From contig OX597814.1 of NCBI GenBank assembly GCA_951406725.2, forward strand, positions 98,394,001 to 98,458,000: DNA of 64,000 nucleotides, in the 5' to 3' direction. The first letter of the stretch is position 1. The number at the start of each line of letters is the position of its first letter. The translations under genes were made by a program, and so were the position numbers. This stretch comes from Octopus vulgaris. Lineage: Eukaryota. A model generated the notes under the pieces. It was not told the origin of the DNA, did no database searches, and worked only from the letters and a program-made list of their open reading frames with translations. Below, piece by piece: positions 26,771 through 42,209 of the stretch.

Positions 26771-27285
26771 GCAGAATAACATGAAATGAAGTGTTTCGTT
26801 CAAGAACACAACGCACCGTCCAGTACGGAAATCGAAATCAGTATTCCGCAACTGTGAGTGCAAAGCAAATGCGTGTGCGGATTTAAATGCGGATCACTAT
26901 TGAAATGCTTGTACATGTACGTTTACTTACATAGGAATTTGGATGCTACTATGCTCTAAATCATTTCCTTTTTGCTGACCATCACAAAAACACACATACA
27001 CACATACACACACATGTATATATGAAATTCTATGAGGATTACTTAATATAGATTTTGAAGTGTAAAGATGATTTGTTTTTAAAAAACTATTTCAAAAAGA
27101 ACATGCTATGAAATTTTTTATGAGGATGTTACCCACATACTAGACAAAAAACTTCTTCCCGAAAAAGGTTAGCGACATCCTCATAAAAGATCGCAGTTTA
27201 TTACAAAAAAAATGTCGCATTTTAAATTACTTGTTATTTCAGTCATTTAAAAACTCAATTATGTATACCTTTGCATTTAATCTTG

Positions 27286-27363
<78 letters not shown>

Positions 27364-27374
27364 ATCTTTCTAAC

Positions 27375-27594
27375 TGTGTGTGTGATTTGTATCTGTACTT
27401 GTCCCTGCTACCGCTTGCCAACCGATGTTGGTGTGCTTACACCCTCGTAACTTAGCGGTTCTGTAAAGGAGAGCAGTAGAATAAGTACCAGGTTTAGCAA
27501 AAAATAAAAATAAAAATAAAATAAAAATAAAAATAAAAATTCTTCAAGGTGGTGCCCAATATGGCCGCAGTCTAATGAGTGAAACAAGTGAAAG
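27375..27594 (+). mobile_element. SINE family A, 3' half
   Basis: gtaacttagcggttc, ataagtaccagg, atggccgcag. Confidence 0.8.
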
Positions 27595-27607
27595 ATAATC
27601 ATTGTTA

Positions 27608-28037
27608 AAGTGATAGTATGTTGTCAAATTAATATGACAGTCCCATTAAAGGGAAGAATGCTACTGTTATTTAGCCCTAGGGAACACCGTTTCCTGTTGG
27701 ACTTGACACATTTCCTGTGCCCTTATGTTTTTAAAGTAAAGACAAGCACGTCCACCCAGCTAAGCCAGCATCCAGAGTCATTGCTCATCATCAGTCTGGA
27801 ATAGCATGGCTTGCTAGCTGTCGAGATTTAGAAATGTGTTATTTCTATTTTCAAAAATCAGTGAATGTATTTCACTTGAAATTATATGTTTTCAAAGGCA
27901 GATTGTGTCAAGTCCAACAGGAAACAGTGTTTCCTAGGGCTAAATTACACTAAGACATTCAGTTGACAATATACTATCACTTTAGCGTGCTGCTACTGCA
28001 GAAATCGCTCTGAGAGATTTAGAAATGTATTATTTCT
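27608..28037. mobile_element. Diverged family 1 element, inverted structure, 13-bp TSD, broken HHR
   Basis: Inverted arms 27669-27710 / 27904-27945 contain ctagggctaaa; minus-strand CTGATGA (27788-27794) inside a long stem; ataatcattgtta at 27595-27607 and 28038-28050. Confidence 0.65.
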
Positions 28038-28063
28038 ATAATCATTGTTATGATAAAGTATGT

Positions 28064-28322
28064 GGGGGCGCAATAGCCCAGTGGTTAGGGAAGCGGACTC
28101 GCGGTCGGAGGATCGCGGTTTCGATTCCCAGACCGGGTGTTGTGTGCGTTTATTGAGCAAAAACACCTAAAAGCTCCACGAGGCTCCGGCAGGGAGTGCT
28201 AGCGACCCCTGTTGTACTGTTTCGCCACAACTTTCTCTCACTCTCTCTTCCTGTTTCTGGGGGGAACACATACGCCATAGAAACCGGGCCCATGAGCCTG
28301 GCTAGGCTTGAAAAGGGCGAAA
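28064..28322 (+). mobile_element. tRNA(Arg-like)-derived SINE, family D
   Basis: gggggcgcaatagcccagtggttaggg..gactcgcggtc..ggtttcgattccc; paralogues at 30190 and 56461. Confidence 0.85.
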
Positions 28323-28354
28323 AAAAATGATAAAGTATAGGAGTAATTAGTTTA

Positions 28355-28558
28355 ACCCTTTGGCACAAGGCTAGTAATTTCACAGGTGGTGGGGTACTTC
28401 GATTACATTGATCCTCCCAGTCCTCAACTGATACTTATTTTATCGACCCCGATAGGATGGAAGGCAAATTCGACCCCAGTGCGTAAAGTCGAACGAAATG
28501 CCGCCAAACATATGTCCGGTGTGCAAACAATTCTACCATTCTACCAGCTAGTTGCCTG
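28355..28558 (-). mobile_element. SINE family B
   Basis: tttggcacaagg tail and tatcgacccc core. Confidence 0.8.
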
Positions 28559-29361
28559 AAGTATGAAAGTAATTAAAGTCTTGAATGATATCAGGAATGG
28601 TACATACTTATTAAAGGAGGTGTTTGATGAGACACGACAGATGATTACTAGGCTTGCTTGGTTTTAAACAGAACCTTCTTTCTTTCCTTCTTTCTTTCTT
28701 TCTTTCTTTCATGCTTCCTTCCTTCCTTTCTTTCTTTCTTTCTTTCTTTCTTTTTTCTAACCTATTTCAATTGTTCTCTCATCATGATGCTCTCATACCA
28801 AGCATCGAGAAATTCCCAAATATGTTACAAATCTGTGAACTGGTCAACAATTAAAAAAAGTAAAAACAAAACAAACACAACCTTATGTAGTCTACTCTCA
28901 GGAATACTGAACGCCTTTGTGTATTGTGAATGACTTGCTCCTAGGTTACAATACACACACACACAAACTTACACATACAAACACATACACGCGCACACAC
29001 ACGCACGCACGCACACACGCAAGCACGCACATGTATTTACACACACACAAGCACACATGCACACATATTTACAGGTGGCGATGGGTAAATTGTCGCCATT
29101 TTGTATCTAAAATTTCAGGCACGTTCATTGTTTGGTTTTGATTTTGTCGACTACACAGTATAGTATGGTCAGTTGGGCACCTTTTTGAGAAAACACACAC
29201 ATACGCATACACACAAACACACACACACACACACTCATAAATACACACACACGCACACATACACACAACCAACGCACATATGCATGCAAGATTCCACAGT
29301 TCAAGCATTACACCTTCACAGTCAGTCTATGAACTTTTCAGCCTATTCTCGTACTAACGAT

Positions 29362-29725
29362 TTCAAATTTTGGCACAAGGCCAGCAATTTCGTCTGAGGG
29401 TTCATCAAGTCAGTTAATATCGATTCCAGTTTTCAACTGCTGTTTTTATGGACCCCGAAAGGATTAATGGCAAAGTCGACCTCGGTGACATTTGAACTCA
29501 GAACGTGATGATGAGGATGATGAGGATGAGGATAATGATGATGATAATGATGATGATGATGATGATGATTTCACAATTTGGTCTAAGTATTTTTGGAGCA
29601 AAATGTTAGTCAATTCTACTGATCTCAGTGCATGCCCAGAATGATGTAAGACAAAGCCGAACTCGTCAGTAATTGAACATAGAACGTAAAGAGTCGGAAG
29701 AAATGTCTGACGCGCTAATGATTAC
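29362..29725 (-). mobile_element. Two degraded family B SINEs around a (GAT)n tract
   Basis: caaagtcgacctcgg and caaagccgaactcg cores. Confidence 0.7.
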
Positions 29726-30189
29726 AACGCACAAATATTACAACGGCCCTGTGTGGATGCGTTTATGTTTCTTTGGACTATCTGTTGTGGATCGCCTTGA
29801 CAACTTATGGATGATAAGATTAGAAACCAGAATGTAAAATTTGGGGGGAGTTGTGAGGAAGGGCGTTCTTGAAGCATTGAGAAAGTTCAAGTGAAGCTAT
29901 GACAATACAAGAGGAGCGCACTCTCTATCTCTCACTCTCTCTCTTCGTCACACACACACACACACTTTATAGTGTTCTGCTTTTCCAAAGGAAACACGTG
30001 GGATAGAGAGTCACCGAAGAAGCCACGGGATGTCTGACGAAAGAGCTTCGACCAAGAAACTAAAACAACGATAGTAAAGCTGAAGTGAAGACGAAATATA
30101 TAGTGCGCAATAAGACCATTCCCAAGTATAACAATATTATATAGAATACGATATCTTTAGAGGCCACTAGTAATGTCATTTTTATTTAT

Positions 30190-30447
30190 TTATGCGCCCT
30201 TTTCAAGCCTAGATAGGCTCATGGGCCTTGTTTCACGGTTTTTGTGGCGTATGTGTTCCCCCCAGATGGACGGTACGCTAGTCTATCGCAGCGTTACTCA
30301 AGAAACAGGAAGAAAGAGTGAGAGAAGGTTGGGGTGGAGTACGAGCCTCGTAGAGCTTTAGGTGTTTTCATTCAATAAACACACACAACGCCCGGTCTGG
30401 GAATCGAAACCGCGATCCTTCGATCGCGAGTCCGCTGCCCTAACCAC
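30190..30447 (-). mobile_element. SINE family D
   Basis: Reverse complement of the 28064 family. Confidence 0.85.
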
Positions 30448-31229
30448 AATAATGTAAGTTAATATAAGTCTACTTAATGTAAGTTTACTAATTTAGTCAA
30501 CAGTCGAGAAGTCGCCTTGGTGTGGTGCGTAGCACGACTACACGGTTCACAGTACATTTGTTAGAAACATATTGACCGAAGGATGAAATAATCGAAAACA
30601 TTAGAAGATTCCAAATACATTAAAAGAGATACTGATAGACGATTATAGAAATAATTAACTTTTTTAATGATAAGAACAATGTTTTAATAATGCAGTGTAT
30701 TTAAAACTCATTTTCAGGGCGTGTTGAAAGGGTAAAGAATTATGAGAAAACAAAATGTCACGGGAAATACAGCGAAATTTAATCTCGGTGAAAATTTTTG
30801 AGCAGCTTAATGTAGTCTAAAAAAAAAATGGATAATAAATTATATTTTGAAGAAAATATATCTTTGGTTCTTTTTATGTGTGAATCGCGTGGGTTTATTC
30901 GCTACGTTTAATATCCATTACAATAAATATGTGACTAAGTTCTTCAACAATAATGGCAATAAAACACATGGCCACAATCTTTATGGGTGGAATAGAGTCG
31001 ATGAGCCAATTTATTTTGTGAATCTATGAAAAATGACGGTCAATGTGTGTATTTGGTCGCAAAACCTGAAGATATGGAACTAAATGCAGAAGATCTTGTT
31101 TTTCCACACATCATGAATTTATTGCCACTCCACTCATAGCCCTTGATTGGTCACACTATTCTGCAGCTAGCCGTAAGTAAAATACAGGTGACAGCAGTAA
31201 GCAGCGATGTGCATAAATACAAACTTGTT

Positions 31230-32308
31230 GCCAGTTCAAATGTGCTTGAAGCATATTCGAACCCGTAGGAAAGCTGCATTCAGATGATTTGCCACTCCCA
31301 GTTTTTTTACGAAAATTTGTTGAAACTTGTTGAAATGATGTAAATGAGAGACACTGCGAAAACAATCCTGACTACGTTCCCGAAACCGTGACAGAGCCGT
31401 TTAACCAAAATGAGCTCAATAATTTGGTTCGAGACTTAAATCTAAGCAAAAAATAAGCAGAACTATTGGCGTCCAGGCTCAACGAAAAACACCTGTTAGC
31501 AAAAGTCACAAAGGTAACATTCTATCGAAACAGGGATGCCGAATTTGTATCGTTCTTTATTGAGAACACGGATCTTGTTCATTGCAATGACATTGAGAGC
31601 GTTCTTCTTCCACTAGGCGTCCACAAATACGATCCTGGTGAATGGAGATTGCTCACTGATAGTTCAAAAGGAAAGATTGGCCACCCCGAGAGTTGAAGGT
31701 CAATGAAAAGAACGTTATTACTGCAACGCTAGTTCCGAAAGAAAACAATTATCTTCCTTCCCTTGCATATCAAATTGGGATTAATGAAACAGTATCTAAA
31801 ATCACTCGACAAAGAAAGTAAATGTTTTGAGTATATATGCAAATCGTTTCCAGGACTTAGCACCGAAAAACTCAAAGCAGGAGTATTTGATGGTCGTGAT
31901 ATCAGGAAATTCATTAAGGATGATGAATTTGTTAATTCAGTAAATGACTTGGAATTACGCTTGGACATCGTTTGTTGACATGGTGAAAGCCTTCTTAGGC
32001 AATCGCCGGGCCGAAAACTACAAGGAGTTAGTGGAAAAATTGTTGAAAAGTCTACAGCACACATGCGCTAATATGAGTATTAAGGTTTATTTTTTTACAT
32101 AGCTATCTAGATAAATTTCCGGATAATTGCGGCGGTGTGAGTGATTAGCAAGGAGAAGGATTCCATCAGGATATCAAAACAATCGAAGATCGCTACCAGG
32201 GACGGTGGGACAAACGAATGGTGGCTGACTACTGCTGGAGTATCAAAAGGGACTTAAATAACACTGATCATGACAGACAATCAACAAAGAGAAAATTTTT
32301 ACCATAGT
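31230..32308 (+). pseudogene. Decayed Chapaev3-type (CMC) transposase
   Basis: FNQNELNNLVRDLNLSKK.AELLASRL, WRLLTDSSK, LPLHIKLGLMKQY, QGEGFHQDIK..E.RYQGRW..ADYCWSIKRD; stops and deletions. Confidence 0.8.
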
Positions 32309-34155
32309 TCTTATGTTCACGAAGGTTTTATTTCTGCTGTTAGTTTATTTAATGATTTGATGAAAATACTTGGTCTTGGTATATTCAATCGTGTTATTTT
32401 TAAAGACTTAGGGTCTGATTGTTATTGCAAAAATAGTATTTCTCAATGAGCAGACCAATATTTGTTGGTTTAAATACGAATTGAGAGGTTTCTACGATTT
32501 TACTTTGCCAACGATCAATATCAAATATATAGAAAACAAATGAAAAAAGATACTTTTTTCCTCAAAAATGAGACACTTCTGTACAGCAAAAAACGGTAGC
32601 TAACCAAGAAAAAGTAAGGTCATTTTTAGATTCAGCGCCCTCAAATTAGCTAAAAATGATGTTTGGTGTCTCGATACCATTTCAATTTTTTTTTTTTTTT
32701 GTTGAATAGTATTATCAATAATTTATACCCATATTGAATTGGACGAGTTTATATGGTTGCATGTGCATATTTCAAGCGATTCAACATAAACAAACCACTG
32801 GTTTGAATGAACCAGCCACTAAGAAGGGTGTATAGAATAAAAATAGAAGAAACAAAGAATCGGAAAAAACTAACATATGACCTAAATGTTTTGTCTTTTA
32901 GTCTATAACATAAGTTATAGGCCCATTACAATTTCAAAACAAACCCCCAAAACTTTAAATCACTTTTCGTCAATGACGTTCTTCACTCAGTTGAGATGTA
33001 TTTTATTCTATCAGCCATTTAAATCAGGAATTGTAGACAGACACTGTAGTTTTATTGCACTGTAGTCTAGTTGTCTTCATTATGGCTGTAATCAACCAAG
33101 TCAGTGGCATTTCAGGAGTCAGACATCAGTTACTACAGAATTCAGCGGTCACCCGCACACATATGCTTACACGCACAGACATATTCACGCAGATGCTATT
33201 GATACTTTATATAGAATGGCCTCCTTACTGAGAATTTTAAAAAAATAGGCAAATTAATTTCTGAATGCGCAGACTTAATGATAATATATGTGCTGTTATA
33301 ACCACTGATGAAAAATTAAAGAATTCTCTATTCTTACATTCATCTCAAATGACTCAGTCAATTTTACAAACACAAAGGATATTTTGTTATAGATAAATTT
33401 ATGTAGGCATTCTGATACCCCGCCGGACATTTTGATTAAAGATACCAAAACTTAAAAGTCCGTATTGTTCCAGGTAAATAGCTCCTAATCGCATGAGCTA
33501 TATATTTTAGAATATATTACTTCGTGTAAAAGTCTTCACAAAATGAACTTCAGTTAGTAATCGGAATAATCAGTAACTCTCCAATAAATATTTTGTTTTA
33601 TATTTCTTGAAAGTTTTTCCAGCCTTAAGGTGGCATCTCGTAATAAGTTCAGAGTGTTTATTAATAAGTCTTTCTTCAGATAGTAAATTATATATCTCTT
33701 CTCAACAAAGATTACATAAATTATAGTTTCTCATCATACGAGCTTCCTGCCCGTACCACGGTTCAGGAAATGTTTTATTGAGTTTTATTTTCCGCCAAGT
33801 GCCGGATTAGGATAGGCAAAGAAGTATTGTGTCTCCTGTTTAAATCTTGAAGTGACGCAACCTGGTTATACTATCGATTTGTGAGAAAGTTCGTAGTTGC
33901 ACCCGGATATCTGTATCCGTATATTTCGGTCAGGACATAATATTTATATACAATGTTTTTACAGAGATAATCATTATCTAGAAAACAGGGACTTCTGTTA
34001 CTGCTATTACATCTAATAGAATTATTGGCATGCCGGACAAATTACTTAGCGGTATTTCGTCTATATTTACGTAATATGTTCAAATTCCGCCGACGTTGAC
34101 CTTCCTTTCAACCTTTTGGGTTTATAATAGAAAAAATTATTATTATTATTATTAT

Positions 34156-34310
34156 TGAGTGAGAGAGCAGTTCATGCCATCAAAGTGACACTGGGGTAAA
34201 ATATACGAAGCCCAATATACCCATCATGACTACCCGTCTGATAAAGGTACACCAGGCACATGCATCACAACCATATGTGCGCGACATGGTGATCTCATAT
34301 CAAGATAAAC
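34156..34310. mobile_element. Probable LINE 3'-UTR fragment embedded in (TTA)n
   Basis: 155-bp non-simple block bounded by (TTA)n; family assignment uncertain. Confidence 0.4.
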
Positions 34311-35435
<1,125 letters not shown>

Positions 35436-35568
35436 GCTGTTATTTTTATTCTCCATTTTTCAACTAACTATGTGATTAGCATTGTTACTAGTAGCCAAAT
35501 TATCACCATTATTTTTGCTATTACCATTATTCATTGTAATATTATTGGTGTTAATATTATGCTATCAG

Positions 35569-35785
35569 AAGGTGGTGAACTGGCAGAATTGTTTGCTCTC
35601 CAGGCAAAATACTTAGCGGCATTTCGTCCGTCTCTACACTCTGAATTCAAACGCCGCCGCCGTCGACTTTGCCTTTCATCCTTTCGGAGTCGATAAAATA
35701 AGTACCAGTGAAACACTAGGGTCGATATAATCGACTAGTCCCCCCCCCCTAAATTAGTGGCTTTGTGCCAAAGCTTGAAACCAAT
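35569..35785 (+). mobile_element. SINE family B
   Basis: Head, core and tail all present. Confidence 0.85.
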
Positions 35786-36587
35786 ATTATGACTACCAGT
35801 GTTTTTATCATTATTACAATTATTATCATAATAATCATTACTATATGTCGCAATATTTCTATGATCATGCGATTCCACACTAGATACACCAAGTATCATT
35901 ATTCTTTCATCATCTAGTATTTATGTCATCGTCTATATGAGCTGTCTATATTATTATTGCCAGTAAAATCATAGTTCTGTTTAAGTTTCTTATTAATCAA
36001 CTTAAAAATATAGTATTCCAAGTTGTAAGACATTGCTTAAGATAATTACACTGTGTGTCCGTTAAAGATGTGATATTCACTGCATTTGAGGAAATGCTTA
36101 TCCAACGCATATACAGGATTATACGTTTTGCTGATCAAGAGATCCATTTCTTGTCGCGTCTAACGATGTTTTGCTTATTCGATTGGATGAAACATTGGTC
36201 CGCCATTAGTCACCTAAGTTGAAATCCGCTGGGTGTATTTCCTCAATATTATCTGAAAGGCGATTTTATTTTGTCTACATTCCTTATGTTGTCAAAGAGA
36301 TAATATTTTTATGATTTGTATGGAGAAATTTGGAACCAATCCAATAGGAAATCAATTACCCCTTCGCTGAAATCTACAAAAGTTACGGGTTTAGTCTTCA
36401 GACTTTCAGGTCTCCGTAACAGCATTTTGCATACAAGAAAGAATAACTTCAATACAAAGTATTTATTTTTAATAAAGATCGTTTTTTTACAGTCAAAATA
36501 AAAAGTAACTTTAGGTAATTTGATTATATAATTTTCAATCACCATATTACAAATAGTTTTACAACCGTAGTCAAATTAAAAGAACTT

Positions 36588-36775
36588 TATTACATCCGCC
36601 TTAGCGAAGGCGGAAGTACTATTTTCGGTCGTGTTTTTTTTTTTTTTTGTTTGTTTGTTTGTCCGTGGATGGATTCGGTTGAAATTTTCAGGTATGTTTG
36701 GTCTTAATACTGGCACGAACTGATTCAATTTTGGGATCGATCCGATACTGAACAAGGATTCAGGATTATTTTTGA
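36588..36775 (+). mobile_element. HINE/DINE-1-like (Helentron-associated) non-autonomous element, 5' part
   Basis: ttattacatccgccttagcgaaggcggaag short inverted repeat followed by (GTTT)n. Confidence 0.55.
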
Positions 36776-37035
36776 CTCTTATACAAAGAGCGTATTTTAT
36801 ATTTATAAAGTTATTTTATGCTTCAGGCAATAAACCTAACAAGGAAATATTGTTTATGCTTCTTTATCTAATGAATTGAAACTAAGATAATAAACATATC
36901 TTCAAATTCTTATATCTTATTGATATAACTGTATGAAAGTTTGGAATAGGGTCACTGTTATAATTAGCAACAGTAACGATTCCATTTTCATACTGTCACA
37001 AGTCATTCGATCTAATTTTAAAGCATTTCAAACAG

Positions 37036-37390
37036 TCGCGTGGCTGTTTGGTAAGAAGCTTGCTTCACAACTATTGTTCCCAACCATAGCCCGGGTTCAG
37101 TCCCACTGCGTGGCACCTTGGGCAAGTGTCTTCTGCTATACCCTCGGGCCGACCAATGCCTTGTGACTGGATTTGATAGACGAAAACATATACATATATG
37201 TGTGTGTGTGTGTTTGTACACCCCCACCATTGCTTGACGACTGATGTTGGTGTGTTTACGTCCCCTTAAATTAACGGTTCGGCAAAAGAGACCGACTGAA
37301 TAAGTACCAGGCTTACAAAGAATAAGTCCTTGGGTCGATCTGTTCGACTAAAGATTGTGCTGCAACATGGCCGCAGTCGGATGAATAAAA
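37036..37390 (+). mobile_element. SINE family A
   Basis: Matches 9958. Confidence 0.88.
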
Positions 37391-40300
37391 GAATATACCC
37401 AGTAGCAAAATTATTTTTAGCGTCATCGACGGAAATAGGAGCGATTTCATTCAAATTAAGGTAGTTTTAACTGCAAAAAATGAATTATTCAAACCGGTCA
37501 AACATACCAATTATTGTCCTATCATATGTAGAGCTAAATGTCAATAACCGAAATAGTCTGGTACAAGCAATCGGTCAGATGAACAAGTGAAAAATTAGTA
37601 CGTTGACGTTCTTGACATTTTGCATACACGTATTTTGTTTTCCAAAATTTTGTACGGAATTAAATGTGGAATTAAGTGCAATATAACCTTTACAAAAGTT
37701 ACGTACGAGATACTAGCAATAGATGCGACTTTTTATGGGGCTATCTTCTAACATCACTGGTATTTTATCGATTATGAGAAAGTGAAATCTGTAACCGAAT
37801 GTATAATAAGCAAGCATTAGCTAATGTTTAATTTAGACATGATACAGATCTTCATCCCCAATAAATTAAATACACTTATTTAAGAGAATCTACAAGCAGA
37901 TAAATTTGTATATTAGCAGGGACAATGTGAGCACGGGAGTAAAATGTTCTAAATTAATGAAACCATGCAAAAGTATAGAGAAGACGAAGTGGAATATTAA
38001 GAACATCGGAGTTGAAGTTCATAGTTTCATTTAAATGTAATTTTACCTCCTCCACATTACGTACTAACTCCCACCAGAAAACGTTTTATGGAGCTTCCTA
38101 TATCGACTTCCTATGAAGTGAAAGATGGTGGATGATGGGAAAGAGATGAGTCATTTGTGTATGATAGAGATGAAGGCAGTCTAACAAAATTTTTAAAATT
38201 GCCGATACCTACCTTGCATACTCTTTCAAACGTAGTAAACCTGACATTTAGGAATACAGAAATATGCTCTAGTAGTGGAGAAAGGTGACTAGGATGGACT
38301 CTAACTTATATTAGTAAGAGTCAAATGGGCAGTAGTATCCCGCCAGCTCGAGAAATATGAAGGATAAATGGTTTGATTAAAAAATGGTTTAGATGGATAA
38401 ATGGTTTGATTAAAGACAAGATTTTCCTAATCTATCTTATAGCTCTGATAATCTAACACTTTTGAGATCTTGACGACCTAAAAGTCTCCCCCGCAATATT
38501 TATGACTCCTATAGTTTTTGACCAACAAAGCTGTGTTCCCCAAAGTGCACAAAATATATTTTTCTTAAACTCTGCGAAAAACATTCGGTAACATATCAGT
38601 TACACATGCGCATGAGAGGGTGTTATCGGGGAATAAAAATGGCTTTTCAAATTTAAGGACATCACCAACATGCTGCCGAATACCTTCTGGTCTTCCCTTT
38701 AATATTCTTTGCTACACTTTTTTCCACCTAAATACCCTGAATTTTATATAATTCGAAATTCAAATTCCAACTTCTACTCTGATATCTTGCAGTATCTGTT
38801 TCCTTCTATTATTTCTTGTAGTCAAATTTTCCCTACCACTCTAGTCTTTTTACAAGCAACACGTTTTATGAATTAAAACTAGTTGAGACAAATCTGAAAA
38901 AAGTATTAGGCCGTTTTTCTAAAAGGTATTGTCACGAATTAACTTTTATAAATTAAAAAAAAAAAATATTAAAGCATCAACGATAAAGCCAAGTCGAATT
39001 AGAAAACTGCCTATAAAATAACAATAGATGAATGAAGCCAGTTAGAAAGAAGTGCAGCAAATATGAGTCGACGGTTTTGAGGTAATATGAATTTGGTCAT
39101 ACTCGCATTCTAGAGAAACACTCTGAATACACCATGAGTCTCATCATAGATTAGATCCTCGATGACCATGGTGCCATAATGACAAACCCAAACATCAGAT
39201 GGTCACCTAGTGCTGTTCTTATAGATCAGGCCCGAAATGGGCTTGACGCCATTATCAGCTTGGTGATGCGCTGGATATTGTCACGTAGAATCTTGCAATG
39301 ACGCTGGGCGTCTCCCTTGCCTAGTCCTTTGCTAGCCTTGCCACATTCTGACGCCACGATCAGGAGGAGAGTGAGAGAAAATAATCAGAAGAATATCTGT
39401 AAAGTTACGTATTTTTTTTAATTACCCAGAAAATAACAACTTTTAAATTAAAAATGCTTAATATTTTAAAAAATATTTTGAAGTTTGTTTGTTCCACCGA
39501 TATTGAAACGAATATGATTTTTAAAATCATTTAAATAGAAATCATATTTTTATATATATCATAAAGTTTTCAATGAAAAATTTTAATTTTCCGTATTTGC
39601 GCTTAAAAATCCTCTCCCTACATATGATTTATTAAATTCACAGCTTCAAAATTTTCCACTTGTGCATCTAAGAAATCGCTCCATGTATATCCAAGAAGAT
39701 TCTCATAGAAACTGATGAAAAGTTGGAACCAGTGCAATGCTACCCTCTTTTACTCATTATTTGAGTTTATTTGCAAAGCTTTCAAAGATACAAAATCGAT
39801 TAGTAACTATTCTCAAATTCTGCTTTACACATTTTTCTACCGTTCTAAATTTAACGCGGTATTATTATTAGATTTCTCTCATTTTGATAATTCAATAGAG
39901 CTAAATTTATTGTACTTTGTTTTCTAAAATAAGAGATAGATGGCTTAAAGACTAATTTTGTGTTTCCTCTCATTAACATTTGACCACTTTTTGTCCCTTC
40001 TGATTTTTCCAGTATACCAATTTTCACCAAGTTTGCTGAATTAGATTCCTTTCTTTGGGATAATGCATTTAAGTATCATTAGAACGAAAACAGAAATAAG
40101 TAAAATATTCTGTTTAGACGTTGCCTCAATGAATTACTCTCCTGTTTTTAAGCATATATTTTGTCAAGACATTTTACAGGACCAATTTTCAAAAAAAAAA
40201 AAAAAAAAAAATTCAAAATATAGCGGCACGCTGTTCTTTTAAGCAAACTAATTTCCATTTAATTTGATCAAGAATTGAATTAGTTACGGAACGGAGAACT

Positions 40301-40555
40301 GATCACAAAAGCGTAAATGTCGACCTCAAACATATTATTCCCTCACTGCAGTTTCTGAATGATTTAGCCGTGTTTAGTGCGCATAGAAGCGCAAATCACT
40401 TCAGGAATTTGTTCTTAACAAAACATAATATATATCAAAGCGGAAGCATGTCAGGCTGTTGAAAAACTGCAGCGACAATGTTCAGCTCGTATCGATATGT
40501 ATGTACATAATATTTTTTCATACATACATACATATACATACATACATACATACAT

Positions 40556-40640
<85 letters not shown>

Positions 40641-40644
<4 letters not shown>

Positions 40645-41095
40645 GTGCGGACAGTACTTGAGGATACATGCATTGTTAGTCACTATTTTATTTGTCTAAT
40701 GTTTATTGAACTTCTTTTTCAGAAAATAACAATGACAGGCTCTGTGCTTACTAATGAAATGAAAAGTCATGCTCTCATTGTGGCTTTAAAGGCTAAGCAT
40801 GGTTATCTAGAAATGTCTCGTTTTCTGAAAGTGGCAATATCTTTTGTATTTTAGAGAAAGACGATAGAAGCTTATTACCTGTATCAACACGTAAGAAAGG
40901 CCCCAAACGCTCTGATTCTATAAGGACACCTGAATTTATTCAGGAAGTTACGCAAAACATTGAAGACAATCTAGGAAAACCAATGAGGTCAATTGCAAAA
41001 TAATTTCTTGTGTCAGGAAAAAACAAACAGAAATGTTGAGCATGAAGACATCAGATACAAATCTTACGTAATAAGAAGAGGTCAGTTCATATCTA
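40641..41095 (+). mobile_element. DD37D-type transposon 5' fragment
   Basis: cagggtg terminus; MKSHALIVALKAKHG..RFLKVA, RSDSIRTPEFI, HEDIRYKSYVIRRGQF. Confidence 0.75.
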
Positions 41096-41463
41096 CTGCA
41101 TGAAACCTTCTAACGGTGTGTATGCTTTTAGTATGCTACACAAATGGCGATTGTAATTTAGCATTGTTTCCATTGCGTATATTGGGATCTTAATGAATAC
41201 ATTTGTATTGTACACATATAATAATTGATTGTCTGCCTTCATCTCAATTAAAGTATTTAAAGTATCTTATTAATGGCGATGGGTGTTTACTTGAATATAA
41301 TTTTGCAAGGAGTAATGCGAATGTTTCAATTGCTATTGTGGTTATTTTTAATTTTAAAGTGGTGCTTTTCAAATCAAGTCAAATATAGGTTAAGTCATAA
41401 CGTGCGTTGCATTGCGTATGTGCATATTGCTTGAGTGGTGTTGTGCATACACAACCACATATA

Positions 41464-42050
41464 CGAGGGAAGGGGCTGAAAAGTTTCTGGCTTTCGGTGA
41501 AAAAAGTAGAGACAGGTAAGCTAATTTACCTTTTTTATTTTTTATATTTTGCTTGTTTCAGTCATTTGACTGCGGCCATACTTTCAGGTTTAGACGAATG
41601 TATCGAGCCCAGTGCTTAATACTTTAAAGCCTGGTATCTGCTCTATCGGTTACTTTTGTCGAACAGCTGAGTTATAGGGACCTAAATAGACCAGCACCAG
41701 TAGTCAAGCGGTGGTGGGGAACAAACACAGACACAAAGACACAGACAACGACGCAGACACACACACACGATATATATATATACGACAGGCTTCTTTCAGT
41801 TTCCATCTATCAAATCCAGTCATAAGGCTTAGGTCGGCCGGAGGCTATAGTAGAATACACTTGACCAAGATGTCACGCAGTGGGACTGAAGTTGAAACCA
41901 TGTGGTTGGGAAATTCTCCTCTCAGATTCACATACTTATAGCAGCGGTCCTTCAGTCTCTCTAAGCATTGTAAAAGAACTCAGAAGCTTAGGCCTGCAAA
42001 CAGGCCTTTTGCGATACCCTTAAATCCAGGAACTATTCAGTAACCCCTCG
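41464..42050. mobile_element. Mariner-type MITE with a nested SINE
   Basis: TA|cgaggg..gctgaaaagtttctgg and ccaggaactattcagtaacccctcg|TA. Confidence 0.75.
41540..41912 (-). mobile_element. SINE family A nested in the MITE
   Basis: Reverse-complement family A match. Confidence 0.85.
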
Positions 42051-42209
42051 TACGTTCAGATTAAATAATACGAATTTATGATTTTATATAGCTATACACA
42101 TATTTATTCACATAGATAGTTACACAGAATATTATATAAACTCACCAGCAGATAACTGGTTAATGTATAATACATTAAAACACGCCTATAAATGTCTCCT
42201 CGGGTAGGT

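Noticed and set aside
28064-28135. tRNA gene
   Set aside because: The tRNA-like head runs straight into a multi-copy SINE body and has no proper acceptor stem
39060-39380. Possible RTE-like LINE 3' end
   Set aside because: No translatable motif I can support
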